Shown here: in pieces, positions 25,690-38,240 of the stretch
Layout of the letters: each line of letters opens with the position of its first letter
How positions within the stretch are numbered: the first letter of the stretch is position 1
Assembly: GCF_030684315.1 (NCBI RefSeq)
Contig: NC_081363.1
Coordinates: forward strand, 26,786,116-26,850,115
Direction of reading: 5' to 3'
From: Stegostoma tigrinum
Lineage: Eukaryota
Length of the DNA stretch: 64,000 bases
Program-made: the position numbers and the translations under genes
Notes under the pieces: model-generated
What the model was told of the DNA's origin: nothing
Databases searched by the model: none
Seen by the model: the letters and a program-made list of their open reading frames with translations, nothing else

Positions 25690-25985
25690 TCGCTAAGATT
25701 GTGCCAAATAAATGCAAATCTTTCTTGTTGCGTGTTATCAATGGACCTCTGAAATGTTAATTCTGATCTCGTACTCAGTCTCTCTGTGGCTGTAACACTG
25801 TATTCTGTGATAACAAAGTGTGGAGCTGGATGAACACAGCAGGCCAAGCAGCATCTGTGCTCTGTTCTGCACTTTGGTGGACTCTCTGGTGCACTTTGTA
25901 TGGTAAAATCTGTCTGCAGAGCATGCGAAACAACACTTGTTTTCACTGTATCTCTGTACATGTGCCAACAATAAATCAATCAGTC
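25690..25985 (+). mobile_element. Rex1/Babar-like LINE 3' tail with a nested 48-bp PLE terminus (25809-25856, -)
   Basis: Ends ttcactgtatctctgtacatgtgccaacaataaatcaatc, like 63500-63540. Confidence 0.55.
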
Positions 25986-28074
25986 TACTTCTGCTGTGGA
26001 GATTTTGTTTCCATTTGCTGATGTGATTTAGAAATTTTAACTCCCCAAAAGCAGATGATGGGGTTGGGTCAACTGAGATCTCACAATCTTATTTTAAGCC
26101 CAACATGCCTCAATCCTGCCTTTTTGGTTTTAAAGATGTCAGACAACCAAACTGCTTTCACTTTAATGAGACTACTTGTGTCAGGCTTAGCTCTTTTTAA
26201 ATTTTACATTGAACATTTTGGTTAGGCAAGTGCCTTTTATAACACCACTTCTGGACGAATAGAAAGAGGAATGACCAAGTGTAAACCACTGTAGCTATTA
26301 GTCATTTTCTTTCATCTCTTCATGAGTTGTGGGCATTGTTTGCTTGGGCTAGCCTTTATTGCCAGCCCCTAGTTGCCCTTTTAAGGTGGTGGGGAGCTGC
26401 TGCCTTGAACTGCAGCAGTCCTCCTGCTGTGGATTGACCCAAATATTGTCGGGGGGGGGGAATTCAAGGATTTAGACGGAATAATACTCCTTCCTTTTTA
26501 TGCATGACGTCTCACCAACCTGGCCTTTCAATTCCCCTTAAACCACTCCCACCACTCCCACCAGTCTCGATTGTTTCTGCTCTGTCGGTGCCCTCTGTCT
26601 GTGGCCCCTGCTTGCAGTTGCTGCAGCCTGGTGTCAATGCCATACCTATACAATAGCTGATGCCCTTGCCCTCTCCCAAACATTTGAGTCCGGTCTTACA
26701 GCATGGGAGCACCTCCTGAGTTAGTTGTTTTTTCAAGTTAGTCCAGTTTTAGTCATCAGCTTCTGGGTTTGATGTACAGTGTCTGGAATTTTCTGTGGGT
26801 TAAGGGGTGGAAAGATGTGTTAGGCAATTGACAGGGGAAAGGGAGACAGTATTCCAGGAATGTGTCAGCTTTTACTGACTTTTGTCATTTTATGTGCCAT
26901 AAGTTAGGTGTCCCACGTCCTGGCACTGATTTAAAATTGACATAATTTCTGAAGGACGCAATTTGATTATTTCATTTCCAATGGTTCCTGTTTTGCCTAC
27001 ACCATTTAGGAAAGCAACTAATTTGTCTCGGTGTCCTCTCTTTATACATTTTGTCATAGGATTTCTTGTGGAATGTGGTGTTTCCCAATTGAATGGAGTT
27101 AAAGTGCTACTGCATAGAATCAACTCACCAGGATTTGACTTTTCATGTGTTCCTCAAGTTTGAACTGAAATGTCATTTAAACTGGGAGTTTAAGACCAGA
27201 AAGTGCTCAGAAACTTGTTTTCAAAGGCAAAAAAATTGCAGGCTTTATTATTGTGTGTAATTAGTTCAAAGACTTTCAAAATATGTTGAATTATTTGAAG
27301 TAGACTGGCTGATCTATGTGGAGACTCAGCAGTCAATCGTGTCATACCTACATCTAGTAAGAGCAGTGTGATGAATAACCCCTCCTGTCTTATTTTGATT
27401 CTTTCAGTAAAGAAGAATGGTGGTTCAATATTTGTGTCCATATTTGAAATGCAATGAAAATTTGAGACCAGCACTTATCATGGAATGTCGTCATTATTGT
27501 TGTGTCCCTACCAGACCACCTGAGAGTGATCTCATTAAACTCGCATCCCAACTCCTTCCCTATAGTTCCCCCTCATGGCAGTAGGATGCCCCAAAGCACA
27601 TTTAAAGTCAACCTAGTACTTTTTCAAGTGTATTTAATACTGGGAGGTAGGAAGCAAACAGCCAGTTTATACACAGCATGTTTCCACAAACAACAATATT
27701 GTGATGTCTGAATCTGTACTTCACAGACATTGATGGAGAGGTCATTATTGAGCAGGAGTCCAGGGATAACTCTGCTGCACTAAGCTAACACCATGAAATC
27801 TTTGCATCTATTTGAAAAGAGTGCACAGCATCTTAGTTTATTATAACATCTGAAAGATGGTACTTACTCACTAATGCACTGGAGTGTAAGCTCCTCTGTA
27901 TCCAAGTCTGTGTGTGCTGTAGAATCCATCCACACCAGCTAATGTTGGGATAGGGTGCCACCACCACTGCTTCCCTTCAGCCAGAGCCTTGGGGTTACTC
28001 TGGTAAGAGTGAACCGTTAATGAGTCTTAACAAGAAGCGGTATTTAGAGCCATAGAGTGGCTCTAAAGGCTGGA

Positions 28075-28365
28075 ACCTTTTCACTGGAGTGTAGGAGGTT
28101 TAATGGTGATCTTATAGAAGTTTATAAAATCATGAGGGGCGTTGATAAGATGAATAGCAAAGGCCTTTCCCTTAAGGTGGTGAGAGTTCAAAACTAGGTG
28201 CATATTATTAGCGGAGGAAAGACTTAAAAAGGACGTGAGGGGCAACTTTTTATGTGAAGTGGTTAGCGTATGGAATGAACTGTAGGAGGCATTGGTGGAT
28301 ACAGGTAAGTACCTGAGTAGGAAAGGTTTGGAGGGATATGGGCCAGACACAAGCAGGTGGGAGTA
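28075..28365 (+). mobile_element. CR1 3' fragment
   Basis: RRFNGDLIEVYKIMRG-like motif. Confidence 0.8.
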
Positions 28366-28384
28366 CTGTACGGTCGGTTGGTGA

Positions 28385-28852
28385 GAATCTCTTTCTGGAT
28401 TCTGCGCAATCTTTCTGCAGCTGACCTATGGACATCACGTGCTCAACTGAATGATGCTCAAAGTGATAGGCACCTTCGTGGAATGTTCTCCAGCTTGTAT
28501 GTTCAAGGGCAGGAGATTCCCATGTCGGTGGGCTTATGGGAATTGTTTAGGGAATGGAGCCCTTTGTGTTTTTAGGAAGTTGTTTTGTAGGGCTCCCACG
28601 ATCACAGCCGGTCGTGATTACAATGCCGGGATACTGGGAATGTTGGTGCGGGAGAGGGCTCTCTCTCTCTCTCTCTCTCGCGCTCATTGGTACGGCTCTC
28701 CTGCCGGTGGATTTACAGGATGTTGTGACGAAAGCACCAGTGATAACGCTGTAGGGATCGAGGTGTTTTGTGTACATGGTCCAAGTTCCTGCATTTGTCT
28801 TAACATGCGGTTTATAATGCGATGCCAACAGTTGTGCGTTACGCTGGTAAGT
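28385..28852 (+). promoter_or_regulatory. Candidate internal promoter / alternative first exon ending at a CTG|GTAAGT donor (28846/28847)
   Basis: About 20 CpGs in ~480 bp that I cannot assign to a repeat; CACGTG; ATTGG; ZNF143/THAP11-like TGGGAATTGT; (CT)n; consensus donor. Confidence 0.45.
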
Positions 28853-28921
28853 TAGAGATTGCTGCGGCTACTTTGAAACACAATGTTGAGGCAGCTGATA
28901 CAGTTGGAATTATGAAGTAGA

Positions 28922-29018
28922 GAGAGATAATGGGAACTGCAGATGCTGGAGATTCCAAGATAATAAAATGTGAGGCTGGATGAACACAGCAGGCCAAGCA
29001 GCATCTCAGGAGCACAAT
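28922..29018 (-). mobile_element. PLE family A terminal fragment, truncated just downstream of the hammerhead cleavage site
   Basis: Near-identical to 31771-31866; direct repeat tgaagtaga at 28913-28921 and 29020-29028. Confidence 0.85.
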
Positions 29019-30721
29019 TTGAAGTAGACTGTTTGTTATCCACCACCACCCACCCAAAGGTGTATGACATTGTCAGATTGGATGGAGCTTAATGCAGTCT
29101 CCAACATTAACCCTTTTCAGAACCATTGCAACAAAACACAAAGTCCGGGAGTGATACTTAAACCTGCAACCTTCCGGCAGGCAGGTACTACCAACTGAGC
29201 CGGAGGATACATGGTAATGTTAGTGGGACAAGGTGGTTGGTTTTTATTTTTCTGCCGCTGTCTTGTTTGTTTGTGCACTAGAAGTGTTAGTAAATGTGTG
29301 TTTGTGTGTTAACGGACTCTCAAGGGATGGGAGCACAATTTTAACTCCTGTGCAGATCTTGTGATTGTTCAAGAGTAGCACAGAAGCAATGCAGTTTGTT
29401 AAGCAGTAGACCTGTGGTAGAGACGCAAGCTAGTACTTAACCTTTGCATTGGGAAGCTTGAAGCTTTTTCCCACTCCACTACCTGAATCTTCCACCTCAT
29501 GGCTAATGGTGCAAATAGTTACTGAGATCCTGAGCGTGGACAGTGTTAATGTAGTCACACAAGCTTCATGTTTGGTGAATACATTAGTTCAGATTATACC
29601 ATTCCTATATCTACTCACTGGCACATAAAAGGAAACTGGAGTAGACACAGGCTAATGTTCACATCACAGCAATATGTTTATCTACCAACTTTTGGACATA
29701 AATGATGCAAGATTGTGAATCTTTATTAAACTGTTGCTTTTGCATCCCTTGAGGTGGTGTTGTTGTTTAACTCTTGCTTCCTTGTGTAAAAGTGAACAGC
29801 ATTACAATGTAGCTCTTTATTTGCAGTTTGTTGTACAATGTGAAAAGTCTCGCAGCTGATGGCTGTCTTTTTCCAATAGATAATTCCAGCACTCCTCTAT
29901 AGTAAGGCTCACTTCACTGAAAAGCCAGGAGGGGAAGCTGTCACAAAGGAGAATAGTTCATTTAAATAACTGGTTCTGCTTGTGATCATTGGAAAGGACT
30001 TCCTTTTTAATATATAAGAAGTTTCATTCTCAGCCTACACATGTTGCAAAGCATTTTTTTAAAAATTGTAAGCTTGGATCTTTGGAAAAGTTCTTTTGGG
30101 TGTGTTTCTCAATGTACCTGGGAGGCTGACGTTTTTGATGAAGTCAGATAATAATAGAACCTTGCTTTGTTACTGTCAGGGAGTTTTTTTTATAAATAGG
30201 TGGCACCATCTGCTATCTCTTTGAATCCCTGTCAGATCTATTTCATTGTTTTTTAATTTCACATTCCTGCATCTATTACTCCCTTTTATTGTTTGTTCCA
30301 TATCTCTTGGTACGCATTTTTCTCCATCCCTTGCTTAATTATAGCCATCCACTTTGCTCCACAAATGGTATTTGTCACCCTGCTGCTGCTACCACTTCCT
30401 TCTCAGATTTTCAAAAAGACCTTCTTTCTGGCCAGAGCCATGAGTTCCTCTTTTGGGAATTAACAACATTGTTCACCTGATTTCTCCCTTCTTTGTTCTG
30501 TATCGCTGCTCCTTGTCCCTTTTTTTAAAAAAATCTGTTTCATTTCACCCAATTTAACTGCAAATAGCATTTGAAAAGATTAACACAGAGGTGTTAAGCA
30601 ATCTGAGGGAGAAATGAATAAAAGATTATATTTCTAAAATCAGGTGAAGAGGGGGAGGGTGATCCTGACGTGTGTGCACACTGACACTAGCCAGTTAGTT
30701 TGTCTACATGTTAAGAGACAG

Positions 30722-31022
30722 TACTCAGTAATTAGCACTGCTGCCTCACAGCACCAGGGACTATGGTCAATTCCACCCTCAGGCAACTGTACAAATTCCA
30801 CGTAACATTCTCCCCCTGTCTGTTTCTCCAGATTTCCTCACACGATCCAAAGATGTGCAAGTTAAGTGGATTGGCCATGCTAAGTTGCCAATAGTATCCA
30901 GGGGATGTGTCGGCTAGCCACGGCTACAGGGATAAGATCTGGGTGTGATGCTCTTTGCGGGGTTGGCGTGGAGTTGATGGGCTGAACGGCCTGCCTCCGT
31001 GCTGTAGGGATCCTGTGCTTCT
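30722..31022 (+). mobile_element. HE1-like V-SINE (decayed)
   Basis: ctcagtaattagcactgctgcctcacagcaccagggac head; CR1-like tail. Confidence 0.8.
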
Positions 31023-31770
31023 ATCTTAACTTCCAGCCCGAATGAAGGATTTCCTGCTTATGCACAGCTGTATGCTTTCCATTTTGATTTCAGCTTTTTA
31101 AGATTTTTAGATTTTTTGTTTCCTTCCTCATTCAATTTCCAAAACTTGGAAATCATAAACAAAAGAAACTAAAAATACCCAGTAGTTGTGATAAAAGGTC
31201 ATTGATGTAAAATGTTAATTGTGTTTCTCCCTGCACATGCTGCCTGACCTGCTGATGTTTTTCCAGACTCTCTTGTGTTCTGGCAGCGTACATCACTGAC
31301 AGGTCTATGAGCAAACTTGAGAGCTTCCCAACAGCATTTGAAGATGGATGTATTTTGTTTGGAATCTTTCCATGCTGGCAACGATTGTGTTTCCACTGAT
31401 TTTAGGGTAAAGCCTGAGGTAAATGTTTGGAGCTGTAAAAATGTTGATAGTAGGCATCTCCTTATGTCGACTACAGTTGTGAATATCTTGGGAGATTAGA
31501 AAAAGAGAACTAAAGGTCATTTTAATCTCTAACTCCTTTTTAGGTCTTTGACAAATCAAACAGTTTAATTTAGTTGGTTTTGACTGTATTGTCCCTACAT
31601 ATTCTTTGTCTTTAACCTACAAGACAACACAATATCTTGATCACAAACCAAGATAACACGTGGTATTTACTTTAACTTAAATTCTGAATATTCAGTTTAA
31701 AATATTAACCGTGTGCTGCAAATTAAGAAAACGATCAAAGAGTGGGCAGGTAAAGAACATCTTTTATTTT

Positions 31771-32948
31771 AGAGATAATGGGAACTGCAGATGCTGGAGA
31801 ATCCAAGATAACAGTGTGTGGAGCTGGATGAACACAGCAGGCCAAGCAGCATCTCAGGAGCACAAAAGCTGACGTTTTGGCCCTAGACCCTTCATCAGAG
31901 AGGGGGATGGGGAGAGGGAACTGGAATAAATAGGGAGAGAGGGGGAGGCGGATCGAAGATGGAGAGAAAAGAAGATAAGTGGAGAGGAGAGTATAGGTGA
32001 GGACGTGGGAAGATGGACAGGTCAAGGAGGCGGGATGAGGTGGTAGGTAGGAAATGGAGGTGCGGCTTGAGGTGGGAGGAAGGGATGGGTGAGAGGAAGA
32101 ACAGGTTAGGGAAGCAGAGACAGGCTGGGCTGGTTTTGGGATGCAGTGGGGGGGGTGGGGGACGACGAGCTGGGCTAGTTTTGTGATGCACTGGGGGAAG
32201 GGGAGATTTTGAAGCTTGTGAAGTCCACATTGATACCATTGGGCTGCAGGGTTCCCAAGCGAGATATGAGTTGCTGTTCCTGCAACCTTCGGGTGGCATC
32301 ATTGTGGCACTGCAGGAGGACCAGGGTGGACATGTCGTCTGAGGGATGGGAGTGGGGGTTGAAATGGTTTGCGACTGGGAGGTGCAGTTGTATATTGTGA
32401 ACTGAGCGGAGGTGTTCTGCAAAGCGGTCCCCAAGCCTCCGCTTGGTTTCTCCAATGTAGAGGAAGCCACACCGGGTGCAATGGATACAATGTACCACAC
32501 TGGCAGATGTGCAGGTGAACGTCTGCTTGATATGGAAGGTCATCTTGGGGCCTGGGATAGGGGTGAGGGAGGAGGTGTGGGGGCAAGTGTAGCACTTCCT
32601 GCGGTTGCAGGGGAAGGTGCCGGGTGTGGGGGGGGGGGGGGGGGGGGGGGTGTGTGGAGCGGACAAGGGAGTCACGGAGAGAGTGGTCTCTCCGGAAAGC
32701 AGACAAGGGTGGGGATGGAAAAATGTCTTGGGTGGTGGGGTCGGATTGCAGATGGCGGAAGTGTCGGAGGACGATGCGTTGTGTCCGGAGGTTGGTGGGG
32801 TGGTATGTGAGAATGAGGGGGATCCTCTGGGGGTGGATGTGGCGGGGGTGGGGTGTGAGGGTATGTTGCGGGAGATGCGGTCAAGGGCGTTCTCGACCAC
32901 TGCGGGGGGGAAGTTGCAGTCCTTGAAGAACTTGGGCACCTGGGATGT
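31771..32948 (-). mobile_element. 5'-truncated PLE family A (linker + GIY-YIG + terminus with tail); hammerhead at 31869-31900 carries G12A
   Basis: ORF 32175-33047 contains CNRRKCYTC..VVHCIHCTRCGFLYIGETKRRLGDRFAEH..EQQLISRLGTLQPNGIN. Reverse complement CTGATGAagggtctagggccAAAACGTC. Confidence 0.93.
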
Positions 32949-33844
32949 CCTTGAAGAACGTGGACATCTGATATCTGAGGTCTGATCTGATATTGTGATA
33001 TGAGGTGCCATTAGGATCCCTGAACTCAGCAACAGTATGGAAGCCAAAGCCTACACGGAATTCCACCTCATCCGGACTGAGGCATACTGCTACCATCTGC
33101 TTCGGCCAACTGGGCCAGAGTGTCCCTGAAAAGTTTGTATCATCTCTATAGCCTATTTAACTGTGACATCAATTTCCAGAAGTTGAAAAGTGTATGAAGG
33201 CTCTAAGAGGCTGAGTGTTAAATTTTCACAGCTTCAAATAACTCCTTCAGTGTTTTACTTGAGCAGTTCTGGGTCTGAAGGTAATACTAAGCTCCTTAAT
33301 CTGAGTTGCTAGAGATTTGTTTTGTTTTTAAGAAATTATCTCCTCAGTTGTGCAGGAGCAATGTTTTAAGTATCAGTCTTCAGCTGTAAACCCTGCAGAA
33401 ATCTGCCAAATTGAAACTAAAACAGGAAGGTTATCATTGTTTCCTTTTTAAGCTTAAAGCCCAGAATATTTCATTAGATAGCCTACACTATATAAATTTC
33501 ATGTGTAAACTCTCCAAATGTGAACAAAATACCATTAGTTGTTAAACTCCATAGGCTACTAGTTCAAAATTCAAAAATACATTTTTCTATATATGTAAAT
33601 CTTACACTCCATAATCACACTACACATGGACTCTTTTTTTTGCTATGCTAACAAAATATACTATGATTGCTTAGTGTACCCTACAGAGTCGTAAGTTAAT
33701 GTACTGGAATATGACTGAACAGTTAGGAAACAGGGTATCGTAGTATAAAGTTATTTTCACTTAGAAAGTTCCATTCCGGAAGTGTTTGGTTGGAACCCTG
33801 AGGGGTTATTTGAAGCTGGGAAAGTCTAAGAATATGGTAGACAA

Positions 33845-33928
33845 CCAGGAGGCTGGAAGAACACAGCAAGCCAGGCAGGATCTGGAGGAAAGGAGAAATA
33901 AATTTTTGGGTATGACCCTTCTTCAGGG
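33845..33928 (-). mobile_element. Short PLE terminus with a decayed hammerhead, inside a possible solo LTR (~33700-34315)
   Basis: Reverse complement cCTGAAGAagggtcataccc.. followed by a PLE-type tail. The LTR call is weak. Confidence 0.5.
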
Positions 33929-35019
33929 TGAAGTGTAAGATCAGTTGTGTGAATAATCAAGGAAGACATTATCAGATCATGAATCAAAAGAACCCGGTAA
34001 GTCAAATCTATTGATATGATAGAGCTGGGAACTCTTACTGTCTATTGTTTGAATAAAGCAATGTTATTAGGATAGATGGGATTGTATTTTAGCTGTGTTT
34101 GGAAATATTAAGTATTGTGCTAATTGTAAATAGCTTTGTATTCTATTTGATCTTAATTTCTAAAGTTAAAATTTATATTAGTGTTAAAACCCAATGCTGC
34201 ATATTTGATGGTTTGCATTTCAATGAACGATCACCTTGTTAAACTAGAAACAAAACCAAATACGATCGATCAAGCCAGCTTTCGTTCTGGAATCTGACCT
34301 GCCCGATGATAACGCTGAGACAAAATTCAGCAGCCAGCAAATATCCTGCATACATTTTTAAATTGGTCATAGCCTGCCCTGGAACAACCAGCAGTTATGT
34401 GTTTGTTTCAAACATCTGAAAGCGCTTTTATGTAATATTGAATTACTTAAAAATGATATGTGGTGTTAAGGACATGAGTATGATGTTTGAGAACAACATC
34501 TTGTGTAACTTGCAGGAACTTTGGTCTGTTTACTACTTTTGGTTTGTCAATGTTTGCTGGCATTCAATGAAGTCATAGTCTGAACGTATGAAATTCCTGA
34601 TGTACAGCCTTTACAGGTCTGTTTTTATTTGACATTTGCATTATCTCTTCATTTTCTATGCCCATCTGCATCCTCTGTTTCACTTATTCATTGGCCTGGT
34701 ATGGAGAATCACATTAAGCAGTCAGTGCTGTTTATCGAGTGTTTGGGTGTTTTCAGTAGATAGTTGAATGAACGGTATTGCCTGAAACAAGTCTTTAGTT
34801 TTGAAATTCAGCAGTAGACCTTTCTTTAAACTTGTCTCTTTAAACTTTTGTCTCTTACTGTGATAAATTATGACACCATTCTCCTACCCTTCCAGTTCCA
34901 TTGGCATGTTGGTATATCGTACCGCTGCTTGCCTAATCTCTTGGCAGCCTGCCACCAGCAGGGTGACTAGTTTGGGTGCCATTATGTTGGCATTTCAGCC
35001 ACTAACAAGAGGTTAACTT

Positions 35020-35600
35020 GAAATATAAACAAAAAGTGATGGAGACACCCAGCAGATCTGACAGTAACTGTGGAGAGAGAAACAGTAAACATTGAGTCCA
35101 ACCTGAGGGGTGACCTGATAAATGCCTACAAAATTGAGAGGGTGGATAATCAAAGGCTCTTCCCCAGAATGGACAGGTCAACGACGAGGACACAAGTTCA
35201 CGGTGAGAGACGGAAGTTTAGGGGAGAAGTGCACAAACTTTTTCGCACAGGGTGGTGCGTGCCTGGAAGGCTGCCAACGGAGATGGTGGAATTAGGTGCG
35301 TTAGCAACTTTTAAGGCCTATTTTGATAGACACATGAATGGGAGGTGAGCAGAGGGATAGAAACTGCATGGGCAATAAGTAGCAGGTCTAAATAAGGACT
35401 AGGAATCAATGCAGTCTTGGTGGGGTGGGGGTGGTGGTGGGCCTGCTCCTGTGCTGTATTGTATCTCCTGTTCCAAAGGACAGGCCTGTTGGGCAATGTT
35501 AACTGTTTTTCTCTTTCCACAGATACTGCCAGACCTGCTAAATCTCTCCATCACTTTTTCTTAGTTTTTTTTCAGTCCAACATCTGTAGTTTACTTTCTA
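35020..35600. mobile_element. Family B PLE palindrome (arms ~35020-35100 and ~35495-35600) with a CR1 3' end (~35101-35470, +) at its centre
   Basis: aaaaagtgatggaga..gtggagagagaaacagt is inverted relative to actgtttttctctttccac..tctccatcacttttt; LRGDLINAYKI motif lies between them. Confidence 0.7.
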
Positions 35601-36519
35601 TTTTATAGAATAACTTAGTCCTCCATTTAAAATTTAAAAATCAAGTCTTTACAAGTTACAGTATAATTGGTTATCGGGGATGCATTGAGATTGGGCGCTT
35701 GGCAGTAAATGAAAATTGCCAGTTTCCTCACTGCAGTAGCAAGAATGAAATTAAAATATTCCTTTCTTTTGAAGTATTCTGTAACCAGCACAGGTCTGGA
35801 GCCTTTTGACCTCTCTCTGTTGTGATTGAACATTCAGAGGAACATACTTTGACTACCAGTATTGGAGGAGAAGGTGATTGCAAGGTTGATGGTGAGGTGC
35901 AAATCCTTTTAATGTTCAAAAATAGATTGCCCCTAGTTAGCTGCTAGTTGGAATTTCCTAACTCTGCTCTAAGTAGTTCCTGATGAGGCTTTAGAAGTTT
36001 AGATGTAGTTCTGTTTCAGAGCTGTGAAATAGAAACTGGTCAAATCGCGATGAATACCAGGCGATTGTTCCATCTCCCGTTTTCGTGCAGCAGTTTCGGC
36101 ACCAGGTTGTAGTTTGTTTCTGTTACTGTTTATACTGAGAAGGGGTGGAGGTGAGAACATAAAGCGCGTTGGCTCCCTTTGTAAGACTTGATAACACCTC
36201 TAGGGCTAATCCCAGCACAATTATTATGGGGTATGGTTTTCAAAACCTTGTAAGGAATGAGCATGTGAACCTGGACTACTCTTCCTTTTTTTGGTTGTCC
36301 TGTAATCATGACTAATGGTAGTCAGCGGTGACTGTAAGTATTGCTTCAGCATAGTGAAGCATCGTATATTGTATCACTGTTTTGCCACCACTGTTGTGTC
36401 TCAGCTCTTGCGGGTGTGCACACACGCGACTGGCTGATTTCGAGCTCGCTCTCGCTCATCCCATTTGGAGGGGTGTATTTTGGAGAAAACAAGTTATGTA
36501 CAGAAGTAGTACTTTCTAC

Positions 36520-37100
36520 ACTATGCTGGAGAAACTCAGCAGGTTGGACAGCATTTGTGGAGGGAAACAGTTAATGTTTCATGTCCAATATGAACCCTGT
36601 TCAGAAGTGAAAGGTGCCGGAAAATAGGTTCATTTTATCTACTTTCTGTAGAGATACAGAAGGAGCAAGAAGGCAGGTGCTTTGGAGGTCCAACACACAA
36701 GACAAAGGGGTTCTTAATGAAGAAAGCATGGTGGTGGGGGAAGGATATAAAATGGGTGTAAACTAAAATGTGAAAGGGAGAGAATTGGAGCTTGCTACTA
36801 AGTGCTTGTGGGGGAACAAGGGTTGGAGCAGGGAGAAGAGGACGCAAGAAAAATTGAGGGAAAACATGATGCAGTCACTTTCTGAAGTTTATTGAATTCA
36901 ATGTTGAGGCTTCAGAAGCTGTAAAGTGCCCAAGTGGAAAATGATGTGTTGTGCTTTGTTGAAGTCTTGCTGCAAGCTCAGGACGCAAATGTCAGCATGG
37001 GAGCAAGATGGTTCATTTTAAAATAAGAAACCGGGAGGTCGGGGTCACTCATATGGACAGTATGGAGATGTTTCGCAAAGTAATCGCCCAATTCGTGTTT
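36520..37100 (-). mobile_element. Older PLE 3' fragment (terminus + GIY-YIG C-terminus)
   Basis: gctggagaaactcagcagg terminus; antisense of a QHIIFHLGTLQ-like motif near 36920-36950. Confidence 0.7.
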
Positions 37101-38240
37101 GAAACTGATCCAAGAGTGAATGTAGATAATATGATCACCAATTTGCAGATGTCACAAAAATTGTTGGTGTGATAAAGGAGGAAAGGCATAGACTACAGAA
37201 ACGAATAGAATTTAATCTGCAGAAGTGAGGTGAATCATTTTTGGACAACTAACAATACAAGTGAGCATATAACCAATGGTATACAATGCTGGAAGTACAA
37301 ATTCAGATTCACCTTTGTGCGTGCTTGTACGAGGGGGCAAAGCTGCAAATTGAGGGGTGATAGATTTAAGACAGATGTCAGAGGCAGGCTCTTTACTCAG
37401 AGTGGTAAGGGTGTGGAATACCCTGCCTGCCAATGTAGTTAACTCAGCCACATTAGGGGCATTTAAACAGTCCTTGGATAAGCATATGGATGACGATGGG
37501 TTTGTGTAGGGGGATGGGCTTAGATTAGTTCACAGGTTGGCGCAACATCGAGGGCCGAAGGACCTGTTCTGCGCTGTATTGTTCTATGTTCTATGTCCAC
37601 AGGACCTTGGATTGTTCAGGGATGTGCAGGCTTGGATTAGCCACAGTAAATATGGGGTTACAGGATGCACCAGGATAGGACTGGGTGGGGTGCTCTTTGA
37701 AGGGTTGGTGCAGACTCAGTGGGCTGAATGGCCTCCTTCTGTGCTGTAGAAATTCTGGTGAAACAAATATATCTTTTGGACTGTGGGTGCAAACTCATGC
37801 AGAGTCTGAGTGTTTTGGCGGGGGGGGGGTGCAGTGGCGCAGGGTGGTGGCGGGACGAGAATGTGCAAATTCCACATGGACATTCACCCAAGGCTAGAAT
37901 CAAACCTGCGTCCCTGGTGCTGTGACGCAGCAGTGCTAACCAGAAAGGCTCAAGTTTCTTGGCCTGTTGTGTTCATCCAGCCCTACACATTGTTATCTAA
38001 GAATGTGATTGTACTGGAAGCGGTGCAGAAGAGATTCACCAGAATGTGGCTTGTGGTTGGAACAGTTCAGCTATGAACAGACACTGCTTTTCTGAGAGCA
38101 GAGAACGTTATGTGGTTGGAGAGGATACTGATAATGTATGTACAAAACTGATGGGCAGAGATAGGATAAATAGGAAGAATAGTTTTTCTCTTTAGCTGTG
38201 AGGTCAATAAAAAGAGTTTAGTTTTAGTTAATTGGCAGGA
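37100..38240. mobile_element. Nested cluster: old CR1 (+) interrupted by a young CR1 3' end (37325-37596, +), HE1 SINE pieces in opposite orientations (~37605-37755 +, ~37770-37942 -) and a PLE tail (~37955-37998)
   Basis: (TTCTATG)n tail at 37580-37596; antisense SINE head ccctggtgctgtgacgcagcagtgctaacc; CR1 resumes with VLEAVQKRFTRM. Confidence 0.75.

Noticed and set aside
28300-28312. acag|gtaagt as a recursive or donor site
   Set aside because: Lies in a deleted CR1 3' fragment with no upstream pyrimidine tract.
32175-33047. 290-aa ORF as a domesticated GIY-YIG gene
   Set aside because: A chimera of junction DNA, an off-frame PLE segment and the true endonuclease frame, joined through the poly-G indel. 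No splice or promoter support.
33700-34315. Solo LTR as a firm feature (also ~45985-46630)
   Set aside because: No clear TG..CA ends or TSD could be read; left as a weak impression.
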